Part shown: positions 30,482 to 39,255 of the stretch, one piece after another
Layout of the letters: each line of letters opens with the position of its first letter
Numbering within the stretch: position 1 is the stretch's first letter
Source: Hippea sp.
GTDB taxonomy: Bacteria > Campylobacterota_A > Desulfurellia > Desulfurellales > Hippeaceae
Direction: 5' to 3'
Assembly (NCBI GenBank): GCA_015486955.1
Contig: WFQR01000110.1
Span: 1 to 41,212, forward strand
Length of the DNA: 41,212 nucleotides
Translations under genes and position numbers: made by a program
The notes under the pieces: generated by a model
Database searches by the model: none
What the model saw: only the letters and a program-made list of their open reading frames with translations
Told to the model about the DNA's origin: nothing

Positions 30482-31842
30482 GGTATAGAAGCACGCGGGG
30501 TGGCGTTCGAGATCTGAGTTTTACAGAAGCCTTTTTGATGGGTTTAGCAACAGATGGCGGTTTAATAGTCCCAGAAAAGATACCGAAAGCCGACTTAAGC
30601 GCCCTTAAGAAATTGGATTACAAGGACTTAGCATTTGAGATCTTCAAGCTTTTCATCGATGATATACCCCTCGACGATTTAAAAGAGCTTGTGCAGAAGA
30701 GTTACTCAGCCTTTGATACGGAAGAGGTCACGCCTGTTGTTAAGAAAGATGGCGTTTATATTTTGGAGCTGTTTCATGGGCCAACATTTGCCTTTAAAGA
30801 CGTGGCTTTGCAATTTTTGGGCAACCTATTTGAGTATGTTTTGAAGGATAGGAATACTTATATCAACGTTTTGGGTGCAACAAGTGGTGATACAGGAAGC
30901 GCAGCCATATACGGTCTTAAAGGTAAGGAGAACGTGAATATCTTCATTTTGCATCCTCATGGCAAGGTCAGCAGGGTTCAAGAGTTACAGATGACAACGG
31001 TTGAGGATAAAAATGTTTATAACATTGCCATAAAAGGCACATTTGACGACTGTCAAGCGATAGTTAAGGCAATTTTCAACGACCTTGATTTTAAAGAAAA
31101 ATATCGCTTGGGTGCCGTAAACTCCATAAACTGGGCTCGTGTATTGGCACAGATTGTTTATTACTTCTATGCGTATTTTAGGACAGATGTTGAAGAGTTG
31201 TACTTTAGCGTCCCAACGGGCAATTTTGGTGATATATTTGCAGGTTACATGGCAAAGAGAATGGGATTGCCTATTAAAAGGCTCATACTGGCTACAAATT
31301 CAAACGATATACTGTACAGATTTGTGAATTTTGGCGACTATTCGAAGGGCGAGGTTGTAAAGACGATTTCCCCGTCTATGGATATACAGGTGGCAAGCAA
31401 CTTTGAGAGGTATTTGTACTATTTGTTTGATGAAGATACGAGTGCGGTCAAGGATTTGATGGATAAGTTTTTAGAAACGGGTGTTTTAAAGTTTTCTTCA
31501 GATGTTTTGGAAAGGGTTAAGGATGATTTTGAGTCGTACAGATCAAGTGAGGATGACACAAAAAAGACCATAAAGTCCTTCTATGAAGAAACGGGGTATG
31601 TAATAGATCCACATACGGCTTGCGGTGTTTATGCTGCTAAGATGTCGAACCACGAAGATGTGATCTGTTTAGCAACAGCCCATCCAGCAAAGTTCCCAGA
31701 GGCTATATTTGAAGCCATAGGCAGGTATCCAGAAACACCACAGGCTATTAAAGATTTGGAAAGAAAAGAGAAGAGGTTCACCGTACTTGACAATTCCGTT
31801 GGTGAGGTTAAAAATTTTATTGAAAAAGTGCTGACGACTTGA
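30478..31842 (+). CDS. thrC: Threonine synthase
   Basis: YRSTRG, ELFHGPTFAFKD (PLP Lys), ATSGDTG, NSINWAR, VPTGNFG, TAHPAKF. Confidence 0.97.
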   Translation: MRYRSTRGGVRDLSFTEAFLMGLATDGGLIVPEKIPKADLSALKKLDYKDLAFEIFKLFIDDIPLDDLKELVQKSYSAFDTEEVTPVVKKDGVYILELFHGPTFAFKDVALQFLGNLFEYVLKDRNTYINVLGATSGDTGSAAIYGLKGKENVNIFILHPHGKVSRVQELQMTTVEDKNVYNIAIKGTFDDCQAIVKAIFNDLDFKEKYRLGAVNSINWARVLAQIVYYFYAYFRTDVEELYFSVPTGNFGDIFAGYMAKRMGLPIKRLILATNSNDILYRFVNFGDYSKGEVVKTISPSMDIQVASNFERYLYYLFDEDTSAVKDLMDKFLETGVLKFSSDVLERVKDDFESYRSSEDDTKKTIKSFYEETGYVIDPHTACGVYAAKMSNHEDVICLATAHPAKFPEAIFEAIGRYPETPQAIKDLERKEKRFTVLDNSVGEVKNFIEKVLTT

Positions 31843-31851
31843 AAAAAGCTA

Positions 31852-31880
31852 TTGACAAGGTAGGTTTTAATGTGTATTAT
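31852..31880 (+). promoter_or_regulatory. Strong sigma70 promoter of the tRNA/HU operon
   Basis: TTGACA (31852-31857), 17 nt, TATTAT (31875-31880); GC-rich sequence follows. Confidence 0.85.
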
Positions 31881-31933
31881 CATGTCGCCCGTTGGCAAAG
31901 CCGGTTAAACGGCGAGTGTAACGGGTGTTTGGT

Positions 31934-32009
31934 GGGCCGTTAGCTCAGTCGGTAGAGCAGTAGCCTTTTAAGCTATTGGCCGCAGGTTCGATTCCTGCAC
32001 GGCCCACCA
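31934..32009 (+). tRNA. tRNA-Lys(UUU)
   Basis: Acceptor GGGCCGT/ACGGCCC, anticodon loop CT-TTT-AA, GTTCGA T-loop, encoded CCA. Confidence 0.97.
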
Positions 32010-32017
32010 TTTTGAAT

Positions 32018-32094
32018 GTCCCCATCGTCTAGTAGGCCAAGGACACCGCCCTTTCACGGCGGTAACGTGGGTTCAAATCCCGCTGGGGACGCCA
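32018..32094 (+). tRNA. tRNA-Glu(UUC)
   Basis: Acceptor GTCCCCA/TGGGGAC, anticodon arm CCGCC CT-TTC-AC GGCGG, encoded CCA. Confidence 0.97.
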
Positions 32095-32119
32095 TTTATT
32101 TAAAAATGGAGGTAGCTTT

Positions 32120-32398
32120 ATGACAAAGGCTGAGCTAATAGAAAAGGTGGCTGAGAAGGTTGGTGCTACCAAGACACAAACAAAAAAGATCATTGACGCT
32201 ACAATCGAGACGATTATGGAAGCGGTAGCCGAGGGTGAAAAGGTTGGTTTTGCGGGATTTGGAACGTTTTATGTAAGCAAGAGATCGGCGAGAATGGGTA
32301 GAAACCCGAGAACGGGCGAGAAGTTGCAGATTGAGGCTTTCAACCTGCCAAGCTTCAAGTGCGGTAGGATCTTTAAGGAAAAGGTCAACAAGAAGTAG
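32120..32398 (+). CDS. hup: HU family DNA-binding protein
   Basis: MTKAELI, GFGTF, R.GRNPRTGE; GGAGG SD. Confidence 0.95.
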   Translation: MTKAELIEKVAEKVGATKTQTKKIIDATIETIMEAVAEGEKVGFAGFGTFYVSKRSARMGRNPRTGEKLQIEAFNLPSFKCGRIFKEKVNKK

Positions 32399-32408
32399 CT
32401 TAAGAATA

Positions 32409-32484
32409 GGGCGCATAGCTCAGCTGGAAGAGCACCTGCCTTACAAGCAGGGGGTCGTAGGTTCAAGTCCTGCTGCGCCCACCA
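32409..32484 (+). tRNA. tRNA-Val(UAC)
   Basis: Acceptor GGGCGCA/TGCGCCC, anticodon arm CCTGC CT-TAC-AA GCAGG, encoded CCA. Confidence 0.97.
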
Positions 32485-32497
32485 TCGGAATACTTGC

Positions 32498-32574
32498 GGA
32501 GCCGTAGTTCAGCTGGTTAGAACGCTGGCCTGTCACGCCAGAGGTCGCGAGTTCAAGTCTCGTCGGCTCCGCCA
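32498..32574 (+). tRNA. tRNA-Asp(GUC)
   Basis: Acceptor GGAGCCG/CGGCTCC, anticodon arm CTGGC CT-GTC-AC GCCAG, encoded CCA. Confidence 0.97.
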
Positions 32575-32586
32575 TTTTTATTTATA

Positions 32587-33363
32587 ATGAAGTCAGCTAT
32601 CCTCTCTATAGGCAAAGAGATAGTAAGTGGCGTAACACTTGATACAAATTCCCATTTCATAGCGTCATATTTGTACAAAATCGGTATAGAGAACCGATTT
32701 ATTTTGGCTTTGGACGATAGAGAAGATGATATTGTCGATGGTTTACACTTTGTTTTACCCAAAGTCGATGTTGTTATTACAACGGGCGGACTTGGTCCAA
32801 CGTTCGATGATATAACGCTGGAATCTGTGGCCAAGGCTTTGAATAGGGGATTGTATTTGGACAAGGAGGCCTTAAAGTTCATTGAAGATTTCTACACAAG
32901 TCTATACAAAGAGGGAAAAATAGAAAGCCCCGGACTGAACGGGAAGAGAAAGAAGATGGCCTACCTCATAGAGGGGTGTAAGCCGCTGAAAAACAGTGTT
33001 GGTGCTGCTTGGGGTGTTTATATTCAGGATAACAACAAGCATATCTTCTGTTTGCCTGGAGTACCGAAAGAGATGAAGCCCATGTTTGAAAATGAGGTTG
33101 TGCCGATTTTGAAAGGTTTGACAAACAGGGTAAGTGTAGTTAAAGAGATAGTCTTTAACATTAACGATGAAAGTGTTTTGGGCAATTTCATTGACGAAGT
33201 TATGAAAGTCCACGATGTGTATATCAAATCTCTGCCTACGGGTTTTGATAGCAAAACGATGAATGTCAGATTTACGGCCTTTGGAAAAACGGAAGAGGAG
33301 GCCAGCAAAAAGATAAAAAACGCCGCTTTGGAGCTTGAAAAGTTATTAGAGACAAATAATTAA
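32587..33363 (+). CDS. CinA-like protein (COG1058 MoCF domain, no PncC domain)
   Basis: G.EI.SG...DTN, TTGGLGPTFDDIT, N.VG.A.G, LPGVPKEM. Confidence 0.88.
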   Translation: MKSAILSIGKEIVSGVTLDTNSHFIASYLYKIGIENRFILALDDREDDIVDGLHFVLPKVDVVITTGGLGPTFDDITLESVAKALNRGLYLDKEALKFIEDFYTSLYKEGKIESPGLNGKRKKMAYLIEGCKPLKNSVGAAWGVYIQDNNKHIFCLPGVPKEMKPMFENEVVPILKGLTNRVSVVKEIVFNINDESVLGNFIDEVMKVHDVYIKSLPTGFDSKTMNVRFTAFGKTEEEASKKIKNAALELEKLLETNN

Positions 33364-33426
33364 CCTTCCTTTTTTTAGATCTGATTGAAATAATCCATTT
33401 TTCATACGAAATAGGTTAACAAATCC

Positions 33427-33455
33427 TTGATAAATTTCCCTATGTGTTGTATAAA
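33427..33455 (+). promoter_or_regulatory. Putative sigma70 promoter of the thiC operon
   Basis: TTGATA (33427-33432), 17 nt, TATAAA (33450-33455); AAAGGAG SD before ATG 33489. Confidence 0.55.
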
Positions 33456-33488
33456 ATTTCGGCAATTTTATTGTTAAAGGAGAGAGTT

Positions 33489-34775
33489 ATGACGCAGATA
33501 GAGGCTGCAAGGGCGGGTATTGTAACAAAGGAGATAGAAGAGGTAGCAAAGGCGGAAAATCGCCCTGTTGAATTTATAATGGAGGGCTTAAAAAAGGGGA
33601 CAATCGTAATTCCAAAAAATAAAAACCACGATATTAAGCCTGTGGGTATTGGAGAGGGCTTGAGAACAAAGGTTAATGCGAATATCGGAACATCTTCTGA
33701 CATTGCAGAGCTGGATATGGAACTTGAAAAGCTCAGGGCTGCAGTTGAAGCAAAGGCCGATTCTGTTATGGATCTATCAACGGGTGGAGATTTAGACTAC
33801 ATAAGAAGGAAGATCTTGGAAGAATCACCCATTGTTGTGGGTAACGTCCCGATTTATCAAGCAGCAGTTGAGGTTGCAAGTGAGAGGGGTTCCATTGCTT
33901 ACATGACAGAGGATGACATATTTTCAACAATTGAGAAACAGGCAAAGGATGGTATAGACTACATGACCCTGCACTGCGGTGTAACAAGGGAAACGCTTGA
34001 GCGATTGATAAGACAGGGCAGGGTAGAGGATTTGGTCTCAAGGGGTGGAACGTTCCTTTCTGTGTGGATGCTTTACAATAAAAAGGAAAATCCGTTGTTT
34101 GAGCATTTCGATAGGGTTTTGGAGATTGCAAAGGAATACGATGTTACACTTTCATTGGGCGATGGATTTAGGCCGGGCGCCATTGCCGATGCAACGGATA
34201 GGGCTCAGATCCATGAGTTGATACTTTTGGGTGAACTGCACAAGAGAGCCCTTGAGGCCGGCGTCCAATCGATGATTGAAGGTCCGGGCCATGTTCCAAT
34301 AAATCAGGTCATAATGAATGCCCAGATTGAAAAGAGCTTATGTGAGGGTGCACCTTTCTATGTTTTGGGACCTGTTGTTACAGACATAGCGCCGGGATAT
34401 GATCATATAACAAGTGCCATTGGTGGTGCGCTGATGGCTGCATATGGCGCTGACTTTCTGTGTTACGTAACACGCGCCGAGCATGTGAGACTGCCAACAC
34501 CTGAAGATGTGAGGGAAGGTGTAATAGTAACACGTATTGCTGCTCATGCTGCCGATATTGCAAAGGGCATACCAGGGGCATTTGAATGGGATCTTGAGAT
34601 GAGTAAGGCAAGAAAAGCCCTTGATTGGAAGAGAATGATAGAGCTTTCCATTGATCCTGAATACGTTAAGAAAGAAAGGGAATCCTCTTTGCCTAAAGAG
34701 GACGATGTATGTACGATGTGTGGGAAATTCTGTGCAATAAAACTATTGAACAAGGCGTTGAGGAATAAGAGATGA
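33489..34775 (+). CDS. thiC: Phosphomethylpyrimidine synthase (short-form ThiC)
   Basis: KVNANIGTS, MDLSTGG, SRGG, SLGDG.RPG, EGPGHVP, GYDHI, CTMCGKFC radical-SAM motif. Start moved to ATG 33489. Confidence 0.92.
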   Translation: MTQIEAARAGIVTKEIEEVAKAENRPVEFIMEGLKKGTIVIPKNKNHDIKPVGIGEGLRTKVNANIGTSSDIAELDMELEKLRAAVEAKADSVMDLSTGGDLDYIRRKILEESPIVVGNVPIYQAAVEVASERGSIAYMTEDDIFSTIEKQAKDGIDYMTLHCGVTRETLERLIRQGRVEDLVSRGGTFLSVWMLYNKKENPLFEHFDRVLEIAKEYDVTLSLGDGFRPGAIADATDRAQIHELILLGELHKRALEAGVQSMIEGPGHVPINQVIMNAQIEKSLCEGAPFYVLGPVVTDIAPGYDHITSAIGGALMAAYGADFLCYVTRAEHVRLPTPEDVREGVIVTRIAAHAADIAKGIPGAFEWDLEMSKARKALDWKRMIELSIDPEYVKKERESSLPKEDDVCTMCGKFCAIKLLNKALRNKR

Positions 34776-35752
34776 ACGAAGTTATTTTAGATGAACTGTA
34801 CAAGAATTTGGGTAAGTACGTAACAAGCGAGAAGATGTGCGAAAAGCTTGGCGTAAGTAGGATTGCTGTCTGGAATAGGATTAAGAACCTGCAGAAGCTG
34901 GGCTATAAGATCGAGGGTAAAAGAAGCGTTGGTTACGTGCTCAAAGAGGAGGCAAAGGACATACTCATACCTTATGAGATTAAGAGGCGATTAAACACAA
35001 AGATTTTTGGTAAAAAGATAGAGTACTTTAGGTTGACATCGTCGACAATGGATGAGGCTGAGTATATCTTAGAGAAAGATCCGGATGCGCATGGGACGCT
35101 TGTTGTAGCGGAAGAGCAGACATCGGGTAGGGGAAGACAGAAAAGAAAGTGGCTGTCTCCGAGGGGTAAGAACATATATGTTTCATTGATCTATACGCCC
35201 AAAAATATGGACGTTTCGGATTCCATAGCCATGATGTTTGCAACATCCATTGCCATTAAAGAGGCTTTGAGCGACTTTGGGATTGAGAATGCGAAAATCA
35301 AGTGGCCAAACGACGTGATGGTAAATGATAAGAAAATAGCGGGTGTTTTGCTTGAGACAAGAAGCGAAGCAGGTGTTTTGACAAACGCCATAATAGGGTT
35401 TGGCATAAACGTTAACATGGAAGAGATGCCCGATGAGATAAAGGATACTGCAACAAGTATGTACATTGAGACGAACAACACGGTAGATAGAGCCACACTT
35501 TTGAGCAATACGTTGTTTTATTTAGAGAACTTGTTGAATATTCTGGTAAATGAAGGAAGATCAAAGATATTGGAATTGTGGAAAGAGTACAACAATACGC
35601 TTGGTAGGAAGGTTGAGATACACTCAGATGGAGAGGTGTTTGTTGGTTTGGCAAAGGATATAGATAAGGATGGTTTTTTACTTGTTGATGTAGGTGGAAA
35701 TGTTAAAAAGGTTGTAACGGCGGACAGTGTGAGGTTTGTAGATGAAAAATGA
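34772..35752 (+). CDS. birA: Bifunctional biotin ligase/repressor with N-terminal HTH
   Basis: LGVSRIAVWNRI wHTH, AEEQTSGRGR, KWPND, KIAGVL. Confidence 0.95.
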   Translation: MNEVILDELYKNLGKYVTSEKMCEKLGVSRIAVWNRIKNLQKLGYKIEGKRSVGYVLKEEAKDILIPYEIKRRLNTKIFGKKIEYFRLTSSTMDEAEYILEKDPDAHGTLVVAEEQTSGRGRQKRKWLSPRGKNIYVSLIYTPKNMDVSDSIAMMFATSIAIKEALSDFGIENAKIKWPNDVMVNDKKIAGVLLETRSEAGVLTNAIIGFGINVNMEEMPDEIKDTATSMYIETNNTVDRATLLSNTLFYLENLLNILVNEGRSKILELWKEYNNTLGRKVEIHSDGEVFVGLAKDIDKDGFLLVDVGGNVKKVVTADSVRFVDEK

Positions 35753-36686
35753 CTCAGAGAAACTTTCAGCAATTATAAAAGAGGCTTTGTATAGGGCTAC
35801 AAAAAGGGACTTGGTTCTTACTCCCTTTAACTATTATAAGGTGTTTGTTGAAGTGGCATTGGAATATGGCTTAAGTGAGGCTGAACTCCATAAGTTCTTA
35901 TACGGTGCGGGTGAGGTTTCAAGTGACGATTTGGAAGATTTAAAGAGAAAAATCTTGGATATTGCGACAAATATTAAGGATGTTACACAGGATGTTGAGA
36001 GTAAGCTTGAAAAATCAGCCGTTCAATATGATGACTCGCTAAGGAGTATAACCACATATTCGGCGAGGGTTGATGAAAACATAGCAAGTGAACTTGAGAA
36101 GATAAAATATATAAACACTTCATTGAAATCGGAGTTAGAAGCGGCAAGGCGTGTGCTTGAAAAGCAGAGGAGGGCAATAGAGAACATAAAAGAGCTTTCG
36201 CTCAAGGATCACCTCACTGGCCTTTATTTGAGACGCTATATGAACGAAGTCCTTGAAAACCTTATTTACACGTACAACAGATACAAAAAGGTCTTTAGTG
36301 TAATCATGATGGATTTGGACGATTTTAAGGAGATTAACGACACATACGGTCATTTAGCTGGTGATGAGGTTTTGAAGGTCATCGGTTCTGTGCTTAAACG
36401 ATATACAAGACAATCGGACATACCCATAAGGTACGGTGGTGATGAGTTCATTGTTATTTTGCCTGAGACGAAGCTTGAGGATGCGATTGTTGTAGCCAAA
36501 AAGATTAGAGACAAGATCAATTCAATAAAATTCAAGAAGAACAATATTGAGTTTAAATGTACTGCTTCGTTGGGTGTAACACAGGTAAAAGATGGCGATA
36601 CTATAGAGAGTGTCTTGGAGCGTGTAGATCAGGCCCTTTACCATACGAAGAAGACGACAAAGGGTGAAATAACGGTGTTGGAGTGA
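35742..36686 (+). CDS. Cytoplasmic diguanylate cyclase (coiled coil + GGDEF)
   Basis: DHLTGLY, DLDDFKEINDTYGH, RQSD I-site, YGGDEF; N-terminal TPFNY. Confidence 0.93.
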   Translation: MKNDSEKLSAIIKEALYRATKRDLVLTPFNYYKVFVEVALEYGLSEAELHKFLYGAGEVSSDDLEDLKRKILDIATNIKDVTQDVESKLEKSAVQYDDSLRSITTYSARVDENIASELEKIKYINTSLKSELEAARRVLEKQRRAIENIKELSLKDHLTGLYLRRYMNEVLENLIYTYNRYKKVFSVIMMDLDDFKEINDTYGHLAGDEVLKVIGSVLKRYTRQSDIPIRYGGDEFIVILPETKLEDAIVVAKKIRDKINSIKFKKNNIEFKCTASLGVTQVKDGDTIESVLERVDQALYHTKKTTKGEITVLE

Positions 36687-36694
36687 GGTGTTGA

Positions 36695-37789
36695 ATGAGG
36701 GTTGCTGAATATATAAAGAATTTAAAACCCTATGAGGGCGGAAAGCCTATAGAAGAGCTTAGACGCGAGTTGGGCATTGAGGGTAAAATTATAAAGCTTG
36801 CGTCTAACGAAAATCCACTTGGCCCTTCTAAAAAGGCCGTTGAGGCTATTAAGAACATTGCAGGAAGCGTGAATCTTTATCCTGATGGTGATAGTTTTTA
36901 CTTGAAGGAAAAATTGGCAGAAAAGCTTGGTGTTTCAAGGGATAATGTGATTTTTGGTAACGGTTCCGATGAGCTGCTTGAGTTGATCTATAGAACCTTT
37001 GCCACCGATCCAAAGGACGAAATCCTTTACTGCTACCCGACTTTTGTTGAATACAAGATTATCGGTATGTCTTTCGGAAAAAGGTTGGTTGAACTGCCCC
37101 TAGAGGATTTTTCTTACGATATTGACGCATTAATCGATCATATAAACGAAAATACGAGGATCATCTTTTTAAATACACCAAACAACCCAACGGGGACGAT
37201 TATAAAAAGGAAAGATATTGAGAAGGTGATAGATAGTGTAAGCAAGGACACACTCGTTGTAATAGATGAGGCTTACTATGAATATGCAATAGCTGAGGAT
37301 GATTACGAGGAGCTTTTGGATTTACATAAAAAGGTCAACGTTATTATCTTAAGGACGTTTTCTAAAGCTTATGGACTTGCGGGTTTGAGAATAGGGTATG
37401 GTATAGCAAATGAAGAGATTATAAATTACCTAAACAGGGTCAGGCCACCGTTTAATGTGAACATTGTGGCACAGAACGCCGCTTTGGCTGCTTTGGATGA
37501 TGAGGAACATATCAGAAAGAGTGTTGAGACGAATAAAAAGGGTAAGGCCTATCTGTATAGGGAGTTTGAGAGATTGGGTTTAAAATATGTAAAAACGTAT
37601 GCAAACTTTATACTGTTCGACGTGGGCAAGGATGCAAATGTTATCTACGAGGAGCTTTTGAAGAGGGGTGTAATTATAAGATCCATGTCTCCTTACGGCT
37701 ATAAAACGATGCTCAGGGTTACAGTAGGCACGGAGGAAGAGAATAGTATCTTTATTGCGGGGTTAGAAGAAGTTTTGAATGTTGTTTAA
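36695..37789 (+). CDS. hisC: Histidinol-phosphate aminotransferase
   Basis: KLASNENP, GNGSDE, PNNPTG, DEAY, RTFSKAYGLAGLRIGY. Confidence 0.96.
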   Translation: MRVAEYIKNLKPYEGGKPIEELRRELGIEGKIIKLASNENPLGPSKKAVEAIKNIAGSVNLYPDGDSFYLKEKLAEKLGVSRDNVIFGNGSDELLELIYRTFATDPKDEILYCYPTFVEYKIIGMSFGKRLVELPLEDFSYDIDALIDHINENTRIIFLNTPNNPTGTIIKRKDIEKVIDSVSKDTLVVIDEAYYEYAIAEDDYEELLDLHKKVNVIILRTFSKAYGLAGLRIGYGIANEEIINYLNRVRPPFNVNIVAQNAALAALDDEEHIRKSVETNKKGKAYLYREFERLGLKYVKTYANFILFDVGKDANVIYEELLKRGVIIRSMSPYGYKTMLRVTVGTEEENSIFIAGLEEVLNVV

Positions 37790-38618
37790 CAGTGTAGGGA
37801 TTATAGGTGTTGGATTAATCGGTGGCTCAATTGCCCTTTCTCTAAAGAATAAGAAATTAGCCAAAAGCATAGTTGGTTTTGACATAAACGAGGATAACCT
37901 AAATAGGGCGTTGGAACTCGGTATAATTGATAAAAAGTGTGATATTGACTGTATCTCTAAATGCGATGTTGTGGTTGTCTCGACGCCTGTGAGTACGATA
38001 TCGGAGTATATAGTTGAGATACTGAAATTGAACAGGGATGCGAGAGTGCTTGATGTAGGGAGTGTAAAAAAGCCCATTGTTGATTGTGTATTAAAAAAAC
38101 TGGGCAATGATGTGAACTATATTCCCATGCATCCCATTGCAGGAACGGAAAACTTTGGACCTGAGGCAGCGTTTAATGGTTTGTTTGAAAGAGCCTTTTG
38201 CATAATAACGCCATACGACGGTATGAGCGAAGGGCTTTTGGAGTTTGGTAAAAGTTTTGCGCAGAACTTGGGTATGGTTGTAAAAACTATGACACCTGAA
38301 TTACACGATGAGGTATTTGGGTATGTAAGCCACCTGCCTCACGTTATTGCCTACACACTTGTTCATCTTGTTTCAAGGAAACCTAATGAGTTCAGCTTTG
38401 TTGGTGGTGGTTTTAGGGATTACACGCGCGTTGCGGCATCGTCTGAAATTATGTGGAGTGATATATTTCTGATGAACAAAGGCAATGTGTTAAAGGCGAT
38501 TGATGAATATATGGAAAATCTCAAGAATTTTAAGGGTATAATTGAAAAGGAAGATAAAGATAGCTTGGTTGAATATCTAAAGCAAGCGAGGGTATTCAAG
38601 AGGAAGTTGGATGGATAG
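37779..38618 (+). CDS. tyrA: Prephenate/arogenate dehydrogenase
   Basis: GVGLIGGS, DVGSVK, HPIAGTE, HD....SHLPH, GFRD.TR.A. Confidence 0.95.
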   Translation: MLFNSVGIIGVGLIGGSIALSLKNKKLAKSIVGFDINEDNLNRALELGIIDKKCDIDCISKCDVVVVSTPVSTISEYIVEILKLNRDARVLDVGSVKKPIVDCVLKKLGNDVNYIPMHPIAGTENFGPEAAFNGLFERAFCIITPYDGMSEGLLEFGKSFAQNLGMVVKTMTPELHDEVFGYVSHLPHVIAYTLVHLVSRKPNEFSFVGGGFRDYTRVAASSEIMWSDIFLMNKGNVLKAIDEYMENLKNFKGIIEKEDKDSLVEYLKQARVFKRKLDG

Positions 38619-39255
38619 GTTTATTGTAACGATTGATGGGCCAGCTGGCAGCGGCAAGAGCACGATAGCGAAGCTCTTGGCTGAAAGGGACGGTTTTGTA
38701 CATATAAACAGTGGCGCTGTCTATAGAGCTTTGGCTTTTGCTTTAGGTGAAAGCGTTGATGAAGAGAGGATTAAAGGTTTGGATTTGGAACTGAGGATTG
38801 AAAACAGCTCAATTGTTGTTTACATAGATGGCAGGGATGTAACAGGAAAGTTGATTGGTGAAAATGTGGGCAAGGTGGCTTCGAAGGTAGCAAAGTTGGG
38901 TTTTGTTAGGGATTATGTAAATGAAAGGGTTAGAGAATTAGCTAAAAATGGGAAGTTTGTAATAGACGGTAGGGACTGCGGAAGCGTAATCTTTCCTTAC
39001 GCCGATGTGAAGATCTTTTTGGACGCAGATCTGAAGGAGAGGGCAAGAAGAAGGTCTTTGGAGACGGGTGAGGATTTTAATGAGGTTTTAAAAGTTATAG
39101 AAAAGAGGGACAAGCAGGATAGGGAACGTGATATTGCGCCGCTTGTAAAACCTCAAGGAGCTTACGAAGTTGATACGACAGGCAAGGGCATTGAAGAGGT
39201 CTATGAAGAGGTGAAAGATATAATTCGGAGGGTTTATGATAATAGAAATCGCTGA
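38611..39255 (+). CDS. cmk: Cytidylate kinase
   Basis: IDGPAGSGKST, SGAVYR, DGRDCG..IFP, RD..D..R..APL. Confidence 0.96.
   Translation: MDRFIVTIDGPAGSGKSTIAKLLAERDGFVHINSGAVYRALAFALGESVDEERIKGLDLELRIENSSIVVYIDGRDVTGKLIGENVGKVASKVAKLGFVRDYVNERVRELAKNGKFVIDGRDCGSVIFPYADVKIFLDADLKERARRRSLETGEDFNEVLKVIEKRDKQDRERDIAPLVKPQGAYEVDTTGKGIEEVYEEVKDIIRRVYDNRNR

Noticed and set aside
31894-31915. GGCAAAGCC resembling part of a c-di-GMP-I riboswitch
   Set aside because: The segment is too short, lacks the two-hairpin GNRA/receptor architecture, and precedes tRNAs.
31934-32586. tRNA genes as integration sites for an island
   Set aside because: No integrase and no duplicated tRNA 3' end seen in the window; flanking genes are housekeeping.
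32135-32882. Minus-strand ORFs over hup, the tRNAs and the CinA-like gene
   Set aside because: Antisense to tRNA and conserved coding sequence; typical artefacts.
33364-33377. Intrinsic terminator after the CinA-like gene
   Set aside because: A T-run is present but there is no convincing GC hairpin before it.
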